The notes under the pieces: generated by a model
The model's input: only the letters and a program-made list of their open reading frames with translations
Database searches by the model: none
What the model was told of the DNA's origin: nothing
Program-made: the position numbers and the translations under genes
Assembly (NCBI GenBank): GCA_002633005.1
Contig: NMRA01000313.1
Span: 1 to 64,000, forward strand
Direction of reading: 5' to 3'
DNA length: 64,000 bases
Source of the DNA: Phoronis australis
Lineage: Eukaryota; Animalia; Phoronida
Shown: positions 12,101 to 24,100 of the stretch, one piece after another
How positions within the stretch are numbered: position 1 is the first letter of the stretch
How the letters are laid out: every line of letters begins with the position of its first letter

Positions 12101-15100
12101 TTAGTGTAATGAATTAAAAGTAACACTTACTCAGTTTCCTCAAACATTCTCCTTCAAGGAATCTGAGTGCTTTCTCAAAATCTGCCTGTTATACCTCTGT
12201 TGCAGGAGTGGTAATAACTTGATAATTGGTGTATTTCTTTGTCTTTGCTTTTTTGTTTGTTTCTGGTGTTTCCAGTGGATATCTCCTCATTGTTGAGACA
12301 AAGTCATCTAGAAAAAAACGTAGTGTAAGCAAATGTCGTTCCGAAACCGACCCTCTCCACGTCGGCTATGCCGATGCCAAAAAGCTGGATACTGCCTGCT
12401 ATGTGACCGCAGCATTGACACCCGATGAGATTTCGAACACTGGCACAAAGTTTGTTGTAGGTGATGGGAAGACGTACGGTGACTATATTAACAGGCCCCT
12501 GGAAAAAGGTCAAAGATATCGCATTTTTTATGGAATTAAAGTAACCGTCGATGGGGTAGGTGCCTTTTGAATCAAGGTTGCGAGTCAAAAATGAGAGCAA
12601 ATCAATGTATAAAGTATACCCCTTGTTAGACCCGAAAGACAATTAAATGCAAATTTTGTTGTCAAGAGCATTTTGCCAGTAATAGATAACTCCAGGAAAT
12701 GATAAAGTTAATTTCATGTAGGTTGGCTAAATGGCATTTTCAGTTTTATGAGTTTTCGCTAGGGGTAGACTACATTTCAAGTGGTAAGTGCAGCGGGAAG
12801 TAAGTATATTCTACAATGTGCCTGGTGCTTCTTACCTCACACGATGGGCATTCTTTTTGTTGCTCTCCTACCTTAATAACAGGTCAGTAATATGGTTTAT
12901 ATTAATCCAGAGTCAAAGATAGTTATGTTTGGCCATACTTTAATGAGGAGAAAGCAAATTAGTATTTACGATATATTACATAGTGTTTCTGTGGACGTTA
13001 ATGCAAGGCTCTTCTGAAATACCTTTGGACAGTGCTATCAGTTAATCGAAATTAAACCTATGACAGACGTTGGATTCACGCATTTCGATGTAACTTTAGG
13101 TTGTAGTAATTTTCCTTGGACTTATTCTTCTAGCAATGAACAAGTCTGTATTCAGCTAAATATTAACCAAACTTTAAAAATTCACTCACTAAAAGTACAT
13201 ATTTCTAAAAGTAGAAAGCCTGTAGTATTTGACTTTTGAAATTATGCCTACCTGTCGTTAAATATGTCACGTGACCATGTATTTTATTTAAATTTGGCAA
13301 AAAGAAAGATACATTCATAGCAAAACACCGAAAACAATATCATGACTAGATTTTGCTAGATCCAGCTGTCCAAGGTGTAATCTCAAAAACTTCGTTACAG
13401 CTTTCTAAACCGTCAGATATTAATCTACACGTACACCATTCAGTTAACTGCATTTCAGTCTGATCAGCTTTTAACGAAACCTTGAGGCGTTCTTTACCCA
13501 GAAGATAAATTTCTTTTCAGGTCTCCAGCACCTCCTACCGAGCTGTTGGTGACAAAACTATCATAGGTATGTTCGTTTTTTGGCCGCCTGCCATCTGTTA
13601 CCACATTGCTTAGATGTCCCGTGATACATCCTTTGATTGTCAACTGCCTTAGCAACTCTACATTGGTACTAACGACAAGCCAGTAACCTTTTATCAAGGG
13701 ACAAATACAATTGCATTAATTATGTTCGTTATTTCACCAAAACATGATGATAAAATTGACAATCAAGGTTTTGTAACAAAAGATGAAATTTTGTAATACC
13801 TTGATGGCCAACTTTATCCTCAATTACATTGAATATGATAAACAGCTACCTCTTCAGCTGTGTATTAAACACGGCAGAAAGAAAGGGAGACTCAAGTTGA
13901 CCTCCAGATGCCAAACGTTGTGTGCATGTTTTGATGTTTGGAAGAGCACAGTTGCATTTTGCTACATTGTTTTTGCAAGACGCAAGCTGTAAGCTTGTAC
14001 TGTACATATACATGTACGAGAACAAAGATTACTCATGTTTATCTTTCAGCTGAGCAGTTCGTGAACACTGCTGCTATTGGTGGAGGTGTGGGGGCGCTAG
14101 TGGTCGTTCTACTTATTGTGATTATTGTCGTCATTGCCATAGTGTAAGTATCATCCTACAGAATTTAATGCAAGATTTTTCAACGATGCAACTTAATTGC
14201 TATAGCTACAATTTGCGCCAACGCTAGGGGAGAGACTTCACGTCAAAGTGGGTGGGAATTGATATGGAAGGACGCATTTGCAGCACAATTGCGTCAATTC
14301 TTCTACAAAAACGGAGAAGTTATCAGTTTTTGAGGTCCAAGAGATCCAGAAAGAAAGCGTTACGTAACCATCCCTCTCTGAAATTTGATGAAGATGCACC
14401 AAATAAATCCTCCAAACCACATTCTGTCGAGACAGTCCCAGTCAAAGTTCGATAACGTTGACAATATCAGCTTTCGTTCTTGCCTTATTAGCTTGTATAG
14501 TATATGTCTACAGAAGCTCTGATCCTTTCAGCCGTCGTAGAAGGAATAACTCGTCAGAAAAGACTTATCGGCAGAACATGGATAACGAACTATCGGGTGA
14601 GTTCAAATCAACCGAACTTTTTATGGATGATGCTAACAATTAAATTGGCCAGAAACAGAAGAATTAAAATAGAAAAGTTCCCATCATTCTAATATCTATC
14701 TATCGGGAAATTAACATACATAACGTATTTCCCATGACCAGCATTATGACTACATGTACAAACAATCTCCTATATCAACATCAATATGGTTTTCAAAATA
14801 CGATCAACTGAATTTGCAACACTCAAACTAGCTGATAGGATTAACTGACACCTGGACAAGAGGATAAACCCAACAACCATCTTTTTAAACCTTTCAAAAG
14901 CCTTTGACGCAATAGACTACAATATCTTGTTACATAAACTTGTATTTACTGTATAATTAGAGTCAAGCATTTATTCATCTAAAAGTATTTAACCAATAGA
15001 GAGCAATTTGTTTTATTTGACAAATCACCCTCCCAAAAATCAACTTTCATCATAGGTGTACCCAAAGGTCTGTTCGGGGTCCCCTCCTTTTTCTTGTTTA

Positions 15101-18100
15101 CATTAATGGCCTCCACAAATCCAGTTTTCTTTAGACCCTTATGTATACTAATGACACGTGTCTTACACACACCTTCGTCTACAGAACTGAAATCAATAAT
15201 AATCTATAAGACATTGTCACATGGTTATCAATCAGCAAATTCTCATTAAATATCACCACATCTAATTACGTGGCATTCCACTTCCTTTAGAGAAAACCAA
15301 TTCACAATATAGTACCTAAGCTTACTATAAACAGTCAAAACTTTAGCTTTTGTTAAAACAATAAGTTTTTGGGAATATCGTTTGAGGACTCTTTACCCTG
15401 GTCTGAACATATTACTCTAGTGGCAGCAAAAACTACACAAACCTGTGGCGTATTCAACAAACTCAAGAAATGTCTTCCTTAATTAACACAGAATGATTTA
15501 CTACTCCTTGATACACACTCGCTTAACTTTTGGCCTCACAACATTGGGATTTAAAAATGTCAGCAGTTTACAATTCCTTCAGAAAGGAGCCTTACAAATA
15601 ATCACGAATTCACGTTATTTTGCCAATGCAAATCCAATTCTTAAAAATATCTGCTTGAACACGCTCTTGATATATCCTGCTTGAAAATATGTTACAAATT
15701 TTTGCACAAACAACTACTTCATTACTTTCAAAACAACTTCATTTGCTATCACAACTGAAACAACAGACCAATTAGATATTATTGTTCGCCAGATCTTTTA
15801 GGGAACTTTATTGTTACTTATCACACAGCCTTTTACTCAAGACTCCATTTTGCAAATCAATTTTGGCAACTCGTTGTTTACGTTTTCGCGGTCCTTTAAT
15901 TATCAACGGAAGTAAAATACCCTCCTCAGTTCTACATGTGATAGACACCTAGTCACTTGCTGGACTTTCAAGACATTGCCAGAACAATACGCCTAAAAAC
16001 GTAATTTCTACTCAGGTATAATCAATCTGCTTATTGTATTGTAATCTGTGCATACGTGCAGCAGCTCTTTATCTATTTTTCAGTTTCGTTATATATTAGT
16101 TTGATTTCTTATGCCTGTCTTCTAATGGAATTTCAAATGTATGAATAGTAAATAATTCGTGCCCAACTTTTTCCATTCCTTACTTGTTCGTTTCTATTCT
16201 TCCTCCCTTCTTCAATCCCTCCCTCCCCCTCTACCCTCCCTCTCCCCCTCTCGGACCCTCCTTTGTCCCTCTCTCTCTCTCTCTCTCTCTTGCTTTTCAC
16301 GTTCAAATTGCAGTCAGATTGCCTTACAGTAAAACCCCGAAAATAAGACAAGCGCCTAAGCGCAGGACAATGCGCTTTCCGCAATATTTTGCCTTTTAAA
16401 TGCCCCGCGTATAAACGTATGCGCAAATATAAGCATGCGGTGTTCCGATTATAGGCGCACATTAATTCTTAATACGTGCACTTTTTCTGGGTAAAAAGGA
16501 TAAAGTATTGGTTAAATACTAAAATATACTTTTAAGAAGGCCTTTAGCTTTCATGTTCGAGAAAATAACTATATCCACAGCACCATAACAAGGGAAAATC
16601 CCACTAAAATGGCCCTCATATTGGCACATGCGTCTTAACTCTGCAATTAAGCGCTGTTCCACAATTCGGCGCATGTGCTCATGTACAGAGCTATCGGTAT
16701 GGACTTATAAATAATGAACGAATGTCACTAGTGTTTAACAAACTGCAAGCAGTGTCTCCAATGAATATAGACCAGACTTGCTTGCTTAACATCACAAAAA
16801 GTGAATGTACAGTAAACGCTACCGTTTCCAAAGGTTGTTTTGCATTCAAAACACGTTTAACTTAAGTGACTTCTCTTACATTTTTATGTTGGAATGTGCT
16901 TGCATGACAGTACCATAAAAGCTACAAGTACCTGGTGCATACAAGTAACATGACTTCGTTCGCCTTCCATTTCGATGTGATTTCTCGTTTGCTAAAACTT
17001 ACATTCATTGTTAAAAATCACCTAGATCACTCCTAGATCATTGAATGTTCCTCCTGACTTGACTTGAAAAGTAAATGAATTGAGATTTTACTCAAAGCCT
17101 GCCATATGCGAACGAGTCAAGTCTAAAGTAAGTATATTGGGTTCTCATACCCATATGTGGCACAAACCGTACATCTCCCAGTGATTGTCTAATGTACTAC
17201 TTACGCGCGTTTAGTTGTTTTTTTTTTGTTGTTGTTCACAGTACTCAACAGTCAGGTCAGCGCAGAGCCACGTGTTAACCAGGCGGTTGCCGCAGATCAC
17301 GTGCACGTGGACCTACAAGAGCCTGAAGGAAATGATCATGAAGGACCTGGCCCTGCCTTGGTCAATAACGATAATGCCGAGTCTGGATTGGACAGTGAAG
17401 AAGGTCTCTATGGAAACTGCGGTCAGGTGTCTGGACGTCGAAGTACCACGGAGTTTCTGGATTACGTAATAGAAATGAATGCCAAAGGCAAAGACGCTTT
17501 CAAGTTAGAGTACGGTGTAAGTGCTAAAATGTATTTTAATACATTTGTTGAGGTGTGTTGCGTTTGCTCGAAAAAGAAGTCACGGTGCTTTTTCGAAGTC
17601 AACTGTCGATATGTCGATTATTTTGGGTTTAATATACGCCAATGAAACACGTAGTACGTTTCGTGGTCGTATGACACCAGTCTACCGGCTTCAGTTGTCA
17701 GTTAATTTCAGGGGTAGCCCGTTGATTGTGCTGGTTGTTGTCTACAAGAAATTCTTTTCTCAACGATCATCGTCTAAGACAACAGATTGTGACGAAACAT
17801 TATTTGGGCGTAAACTCAAGTTTCCTCCTGCTAGTGAACGCGAAGAGCTACGCGTAGCGCTAACAACACGCACACGACAGCTCAACAAGCAGTTTTCTAT
17901 GAGGTCGTATACTAGTATAACAATGGCCACTAAATGGCACGGAATACATAAACCTGTCGCCTTTCTTGTGGAAAACTATCTGCCACATCTCACGAAAATC
18001 AAGAAGAGCCAGCACATACATTGTTTGCGTAACATTCGTTTGTGACTGGTCCCGGTGGACACTTTAGTGGAGTTGACTATCATAGCTATTCATGTAGTCG

Positions 18101-21100
18101 GATTCTATAAGATAGCCAATGTTCGTGGAGTACCGCCAAAGAGATTATTGATAGATTCCGTAGAAAACGGGTACATTGGATGTCGGTGCGGTGCAGAGAT
18201 GAGTTTTAATAACCATTTCGATTTTTGAAGAGAAATTCATTTTCCGTCGATTATTTCCTTTCAAAATAATTTGGCTCATTTCAGCAAAACGTTCACATTA
18301 ATATTTATAGCTGTGATGCACAGACATCAGTCAATTTTCATTGATGTGGACCAATATATCTAGTTGAATTAAATCACACTAAAAAGCACCCAAGAACCAT
18401 ACCCTTTGCGGCGCAGTCGCATACACAGTTTTCACACTTTGCGTTGCTCTTGTATCAATTCACATGTTCGATGGCGTCATTTTCACACGTACTTCGCAAG
18501 CGTGGTAGTGAGACTCAGTTTCCATGTCAGTCATTGTAGCATTTACAGAAACTGTTTTTCTCCACTGGGTTATTAAGCATTGCTCGTTTGAATCTGAAAA
18601 CCTGAGTTAGTCCGACTGAGATTGCGTATCAAAAAATACTTTCTTTGAGAACAGCTACCAGCACTGAACAACACAAGAAAGTGATCGATTAAAGTATCGA
18701 TTTCCACTGAAGGAAATGCGTTAATATTTAAGCGATGTTGTTTAGTTTGCTCAGTGGGCTGCATGCACAAATTTCAGTGCTATACTAACTCCTTCTCAAG
18801 CGTAGCGGTGAGTAGCGGTACAGCTGTATAGTGAGCATTCCTCAATCAGTTTGCTAAAATATAACACATCTTAATAATTGGTAGAACATCTATTTGCATT
18901 GTTATATAAGGCAAGCCTGGAGTTCTTCTTTGTATTTCAGAACTTACCCAGCAACCTGACTTACGCTCATAACCAGGGTTCTAAGGAAATGAATAAGACA
19001 AAGAATCGCTACGCAAATATTGTTCCATATGACAAGACACGTGTTATCTTAGAAACGGTTCCTAATGAGCCGGATTCCCATTACATAAACGCTACCCATA
19101 TCACGGTGAGCTAATGCGTGCATCAAAACTAGCCACATTCCATTTAGGCAAAGAATATAGCAAAACTTGATAGATTACTGAATAACTATTCAATAAACCT
19201 ATGTGGATAGCAACCACGCTACCCTAAAAATGCTAAGCACACTGGGCAATGTGTATGTCAAAATACCACCAAAGTTCTTTCAGCACTTGACTCCAAAATT
19301 GACCAATCAGTTCTCTTGAAATTGGAAAAATACTTGAACCAAAATATGCGATTCGTCAGTTTTCGAATCCAAGCTCGAGTAAAGTTTGGAGGTCCTGGAC
19401 CTCGACCAAACACTCGGTACGATGAAGATGCTCATTCCTGGACAAGTATTTTGTGGGTAAATGTGAAACTTCAAAATATTCATATACATTTTGCTCTTGA
19501 GATTTGTTCTACCAAAGGTCCTACGACTGGTTGTAGCTAAGACGGCTGTTGGCACGAGATTGCCAACGGGCTGCACGATGCACTCTTATGAGTCAGAGCG
19601 AAACTGCCTTAAAGGCGAAGGCAACCTTTTTTCATGTCATTTTGAGCTAAAATAAGGTTGGTTGGTTATCCTAGACATATTTTCCACTTAATTACAGCAT
19701 TTGGTAATTTTATTAGTTACATGTACTCGTCCGCTATTCCGGAAGTGACGTTTTAGGAGGCAAGCGTTTCCCGCCACTTGGTTTTGCGTTGAGTTTACCG
19801 TGCGAATCTGTTCTGTTCTACTTTTGTTTTGTGCTGTTTTTCAACAATTGTGGCCACCACTTTCCATTCTGCGGCAACATAGGTTAGTAGAGAACTCAAC
19901 TACGTTGGATTTAGGGATTGTTTAGTGTGTTGTAAGCTGAAAATGGCTGGACTCTGTGACCCGTACCACATTGACAGTAGTGTGAGTGACGGAGACCTTG
20001 TTCACAGCAGTGGTGACGAATTTTTTCACGGACATTTGGTGGGTGGGTACATGTTTGAGCCCGAGTATAACGAGGCAGAGTACGCACAGGCACAGGCAGC
20101 TGTTGAGAGAAACGAGGCGGCTACTGAGGACAGACGTGGTGACACATCGTGGTGCAAATGCACTGTGTGCGTTGTTATGCCTACCTCACGGAATGGTCGT
20201 GCTGTTCAGAGTTCGACGAGGCCAAGCCACTACTGGACACGGTTAAGTGGACCTCCGGCATACCACGGACAGAGGAACAACTGTCCCACTTGCCAGAGTG
20301 TACCGCGACACACTCCCACTGGATGGTGACCTGAGCACCCGGCAAACTGCTTACATCGGGTCGTGTGACTCCCTCGCCACACACCTGGCACCTTCTAAAT
20401 AGCTCCAACACTTTAGACAAGTCCACAATAAACTTATCAAAGTTTGGCTCACCGATCTGTTCACTGGACGACGAACTGTCCTCTTCACTGGGTGTCGAAC
20501 TGGGCCTGTAATCACTCCCACTACTCAATATCGCTGCAGGGCTGCTTAGAGGCTCTGGGCTGGAGAAAACAGCACAGGGCGAATCACTACTGGTTCCAGG
20601 AATGGCACGCTCTGGGGTACGTTCGGAGGCACGGGTGACAGTAGATGAAGTGCCTCCACTGGCTCCAGTCACTGTACTGGCCACAGCTCGCAAGGCTTCT
20701 CGCTTCAAAAACGCGCTTCTCGGGGGTGGCGACGGGGCACTGCCGGGAATCAACACAGACGGAATGGCATCCTTCTTCAGGCGTTGTTTCGCAGGGACCT
20801 TCATCAGTTCAGCGTACAAATCCCTTTCGTAATCGGACGGCAGAAAGTGTTTGCCACACACACGTTTAATTCTCGACTGCTTTGTACGTTGCGTGGACGG
20901 GTAACGCTGCGTTCTTCACACGAACGAGCCACGTACGGCGAAGTGTGTCATCCATCGGAAAGCGATGCAAAGGTACTCCCAAAGCGCGCGTGAGACGATA
21001 ATTAGTACATCCCGGTACGTAGTAATAGTGTGGCATGTTGACGGACTAGTAAATGAAAGCATACGACGACGGAACTTAACACAACCGAGGTAGAACAATG

Positions 21101-24100
21101 ACTGAGTCGGCAGCTCTCACAGTCAGACTATATGAAAAGAAATTGGCGCGAAATGCTTGTCTCCTGAAACGTCACTTCCGGAGTAGCGGACGAGTAATTA
21201 ACAAAATTACGAAAAGCTGTAATTAAGTGGAAAATATGTCTAGGATAACCAACCAACCTTATTTTAGCTCAAAATGACATGAAAAAAGGTTGCCTTCGCC
21301 TTTAAACGTGACCGCAGCTTGTATTTATAGTTAAAACCTTGCATTCACAAATCATTTCGTTGCATTGTTTGTCAACAAGACCATTCACGCTGCCAGTGTG
21401 AAACGGGACGTGGTCTTAGCAACAGGGTGTTGCATGTATTTGGGCATTTGGAAATTTTACAAACAATGTGTATAATATATGAAGTATAGTGCTCGCCAAT
21501 GCGACCTCAGATTGTGTTTGATGACCTGGTAAAATCCCAGGTCACCAGGAATTTGCCACTGCGAGTATCAAAGTCAAACAATATTTCCCTTGATTTTGTT
21601 CCAAAGTTTGTGTTGGCTTCCAAATATGAAATTAAAAACAGTTTTCTAGATGAAATACCTTTGGTTCATAGTTTCGTGAAATTAGTGATCTTGCCACCAC
21701 AGCAGTCAGCATGCATCAAACGCGCTTAAACTATAACAGGAAGTAAGCAGTCGGCATTGTTCGGCAAAAATTGGGCAAGATCGGTGAAACACACGGCTGC
21801 AGTGCAATATATGCGATCGCCACGATCCATTTCGTTGAAAGGAGGAGCTGAGTTAGAGAATAAATGGTAAAACTTTTTACCGGTACAAATTGAAGAGGTA
21901 CGCGTACAATTCTGAGAATGTAGCACGGCACGATTTTTTTCTTTTGGCGAACGCTGGTGCATATTATTTTCAGAAAACATTGTGAGTTGTTTTGCGTTGT
22001 GCTTAAGTCTGCACCATGCAAGATGTGACATGCTTGACACTGTGTGCCAAACACGTCTTGGTGTGCCGTTCATTATGGGGTAGTTATTTATAATCATTCT
22101 GTTTTAGGACTACTACGGTGTCAAGTCCCTCATAGCCTCGCAAGGTAGTGAACAGGTTTATTTTGATATCCTTTATTTTGTTTCGTTCGATTTTATTTTT
22201 GTTTTATTCTCTTCATTGCACAGCCAATGAAGTAAAGTTTCCATGCCATGTGTATAAAACACTTACTTTTGATACTCCTCATTCAAAATTGAAGCATTTT
22301 AATTCAAAGAATGCTCTATTTGAATAAGGCCTTCATCTTTTTCGTCTGGTCTTTTTAGTGTCTGCTCTAGAGCTTCACTCAGACATACATGTATATCGAT
22401 AACAGCAAGACGATGTCCGAGTTGGTGCAATATGACAGTATAAGTATTCTTACAATCTGACCTTTGCAAATTTATCTACGCGAAACATACTTCTTAAATT
22501 GCATGATTAATAGTCTTAACTGACTTCCCAACTCGCTATTCATTCCGTTTCGGAAACGTCAGCGTGTTCCGCCACATTGGAGGAAAAAAAACGTACAACA
22601 AGGGAATTTACGATGCGTTGTTGGGCTGTGCACCTCATTAAGTGTTCATCCGATTATTGTTTAAGTTAACTGCTTGAGGCCGGGTTTCGATGGGCAAGGT
22701 CATGCACAAAAAATAACTGAAAAATATGTTAACGATCTCAAACTTTCAAATCATGAAGGCCATTATAGCTCGCGGAACTCTCTATTTCTAGGGAAATCAG
22801 CAAACTAAATGTTCGATAGTTTGAGTCCTAAAGAATTCATCGCCTTGATGTCATTTCTAACTTCCTGGTTTTTGTCAATGGGTAAACAGTTTTTCAATGA
22901 AATTACAACGAAGAGTATCTCATCCATCTTTGAATTATTCTTCAATCGATTTAAAGCATGTGCTTGCTATTGCTCTGAAAATTGCATCACATTTTTGCTT
23001 TCAAGAACAATAAAACCGCTTGATAGCATTTTTGTTTTTCTCTTCATATCTGGTAACTTTACAGGTCCTAACTCGCACACTGTGTCCGATTTCATACGCA
23101 TGATTTGGGAGACAGGAAGTAACAGGATTGTCATGGTGACCAGACTGGTGGAGAATGGAAAAGTTAGTAAGCTTCCAGTTCGGGAGATTTCTTTGCCTGG
23201 TTGTTTTATCTTGTAATGTACATCTCTTCTGCATCCGTAGAACAGAAAGTGAAAATAAAAATAACCTCTTATACCCTTAGAGCTCTGAGACAACACGTCC
23301 GGAGCGTTCGTATCCAAACCAGAGGGACTGAGGTATCATTCCAACATTGTTCGTTATGATTCTCAGATGGATCTTCTGTAGACTAGGTACATGTACCTCA
23401 AGGAGTCGGCCAGCCAGCTGAGACCATCGGCCGGCCAGCTGAGACCATCGGCCGGCCAGCTGAGACCATCGGCCGGCCAGCTGAGACCATCGGCCGGCCA
23501 GCTGAGACCATCGGCCGGCCAGCTGAGACCATCACTGGCTGATGCCTTTCCAGCCACACAGCCACCATAATATGGTGATTTTCAATGGTCACGATATAGT
23601 ATGCTAAGTTTAGACAATATAATTGGAAATTCCAGCTTTCTCATTCTCAGCCTTACTGAAGACAAGCTAATCTTTGGTGTTTCAACAAGCTTTTCATTTA
23701 AATTTATATTGCTACTTGTGGTTGATGTCTTAATTTTCTTAACGTGTGTCAGCACTTTCAGAGGCCTGCAGTCTGCAAATTCCATCGATGTACAAAAACG
23801 CTTGAGACACTTTAACTACGACCGCCACCTCGGACTTTGAATAAATCTAGAAAAAAACACTAGATAGTATAAGCTTGTTTTGCTTCAAAACTACAGTCAT
23901 GCTGACAAACTCAAAACATAACAGTGCATAAGCCTTTGAAACGATACACAAAGTCATATTGCTACCCGCATAGGTTGATTTAGGGGGGCAGGGGGCCCGC
24001 CCCCCCCTTCCCCCTTGGCTGCCGCAAAAAAAATAAAACAGCAAGAGCGTAGGGAAATGTTGAGTTTTATTATTAATTAACCCCGGTAATTAAAATTATA

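Larger units (their letters stand above)
19613..21301. mobile_element. Internally deleted Kolobok DNA transposon (convergent THAP-transposase and KolX remnants)
   Basis: TTAA TSDs (19609-19612, 21302-21305), AG...CT termini, ~165-bp TIRs with the outer ~85 bp identical, and two convergent truncated genes. Confidence 0.92.

Noticed and set aside
17560-17720. Minus-strand hammerhead-like motif (...tggt-gtcatacg-acca-cgaaacgta)
   Set aside because: No CTGANGA box adjacent to the stem; at best a decayed repeat.
23363-23592. Repetitive ORFs (ADGLSWP)n / (MVSAGRP)n and a CRISPR-like appearance
   Set aside because: Products of a 21-bp tandem repeat; no unique spacers, no cas genes, eukaryotic intron.
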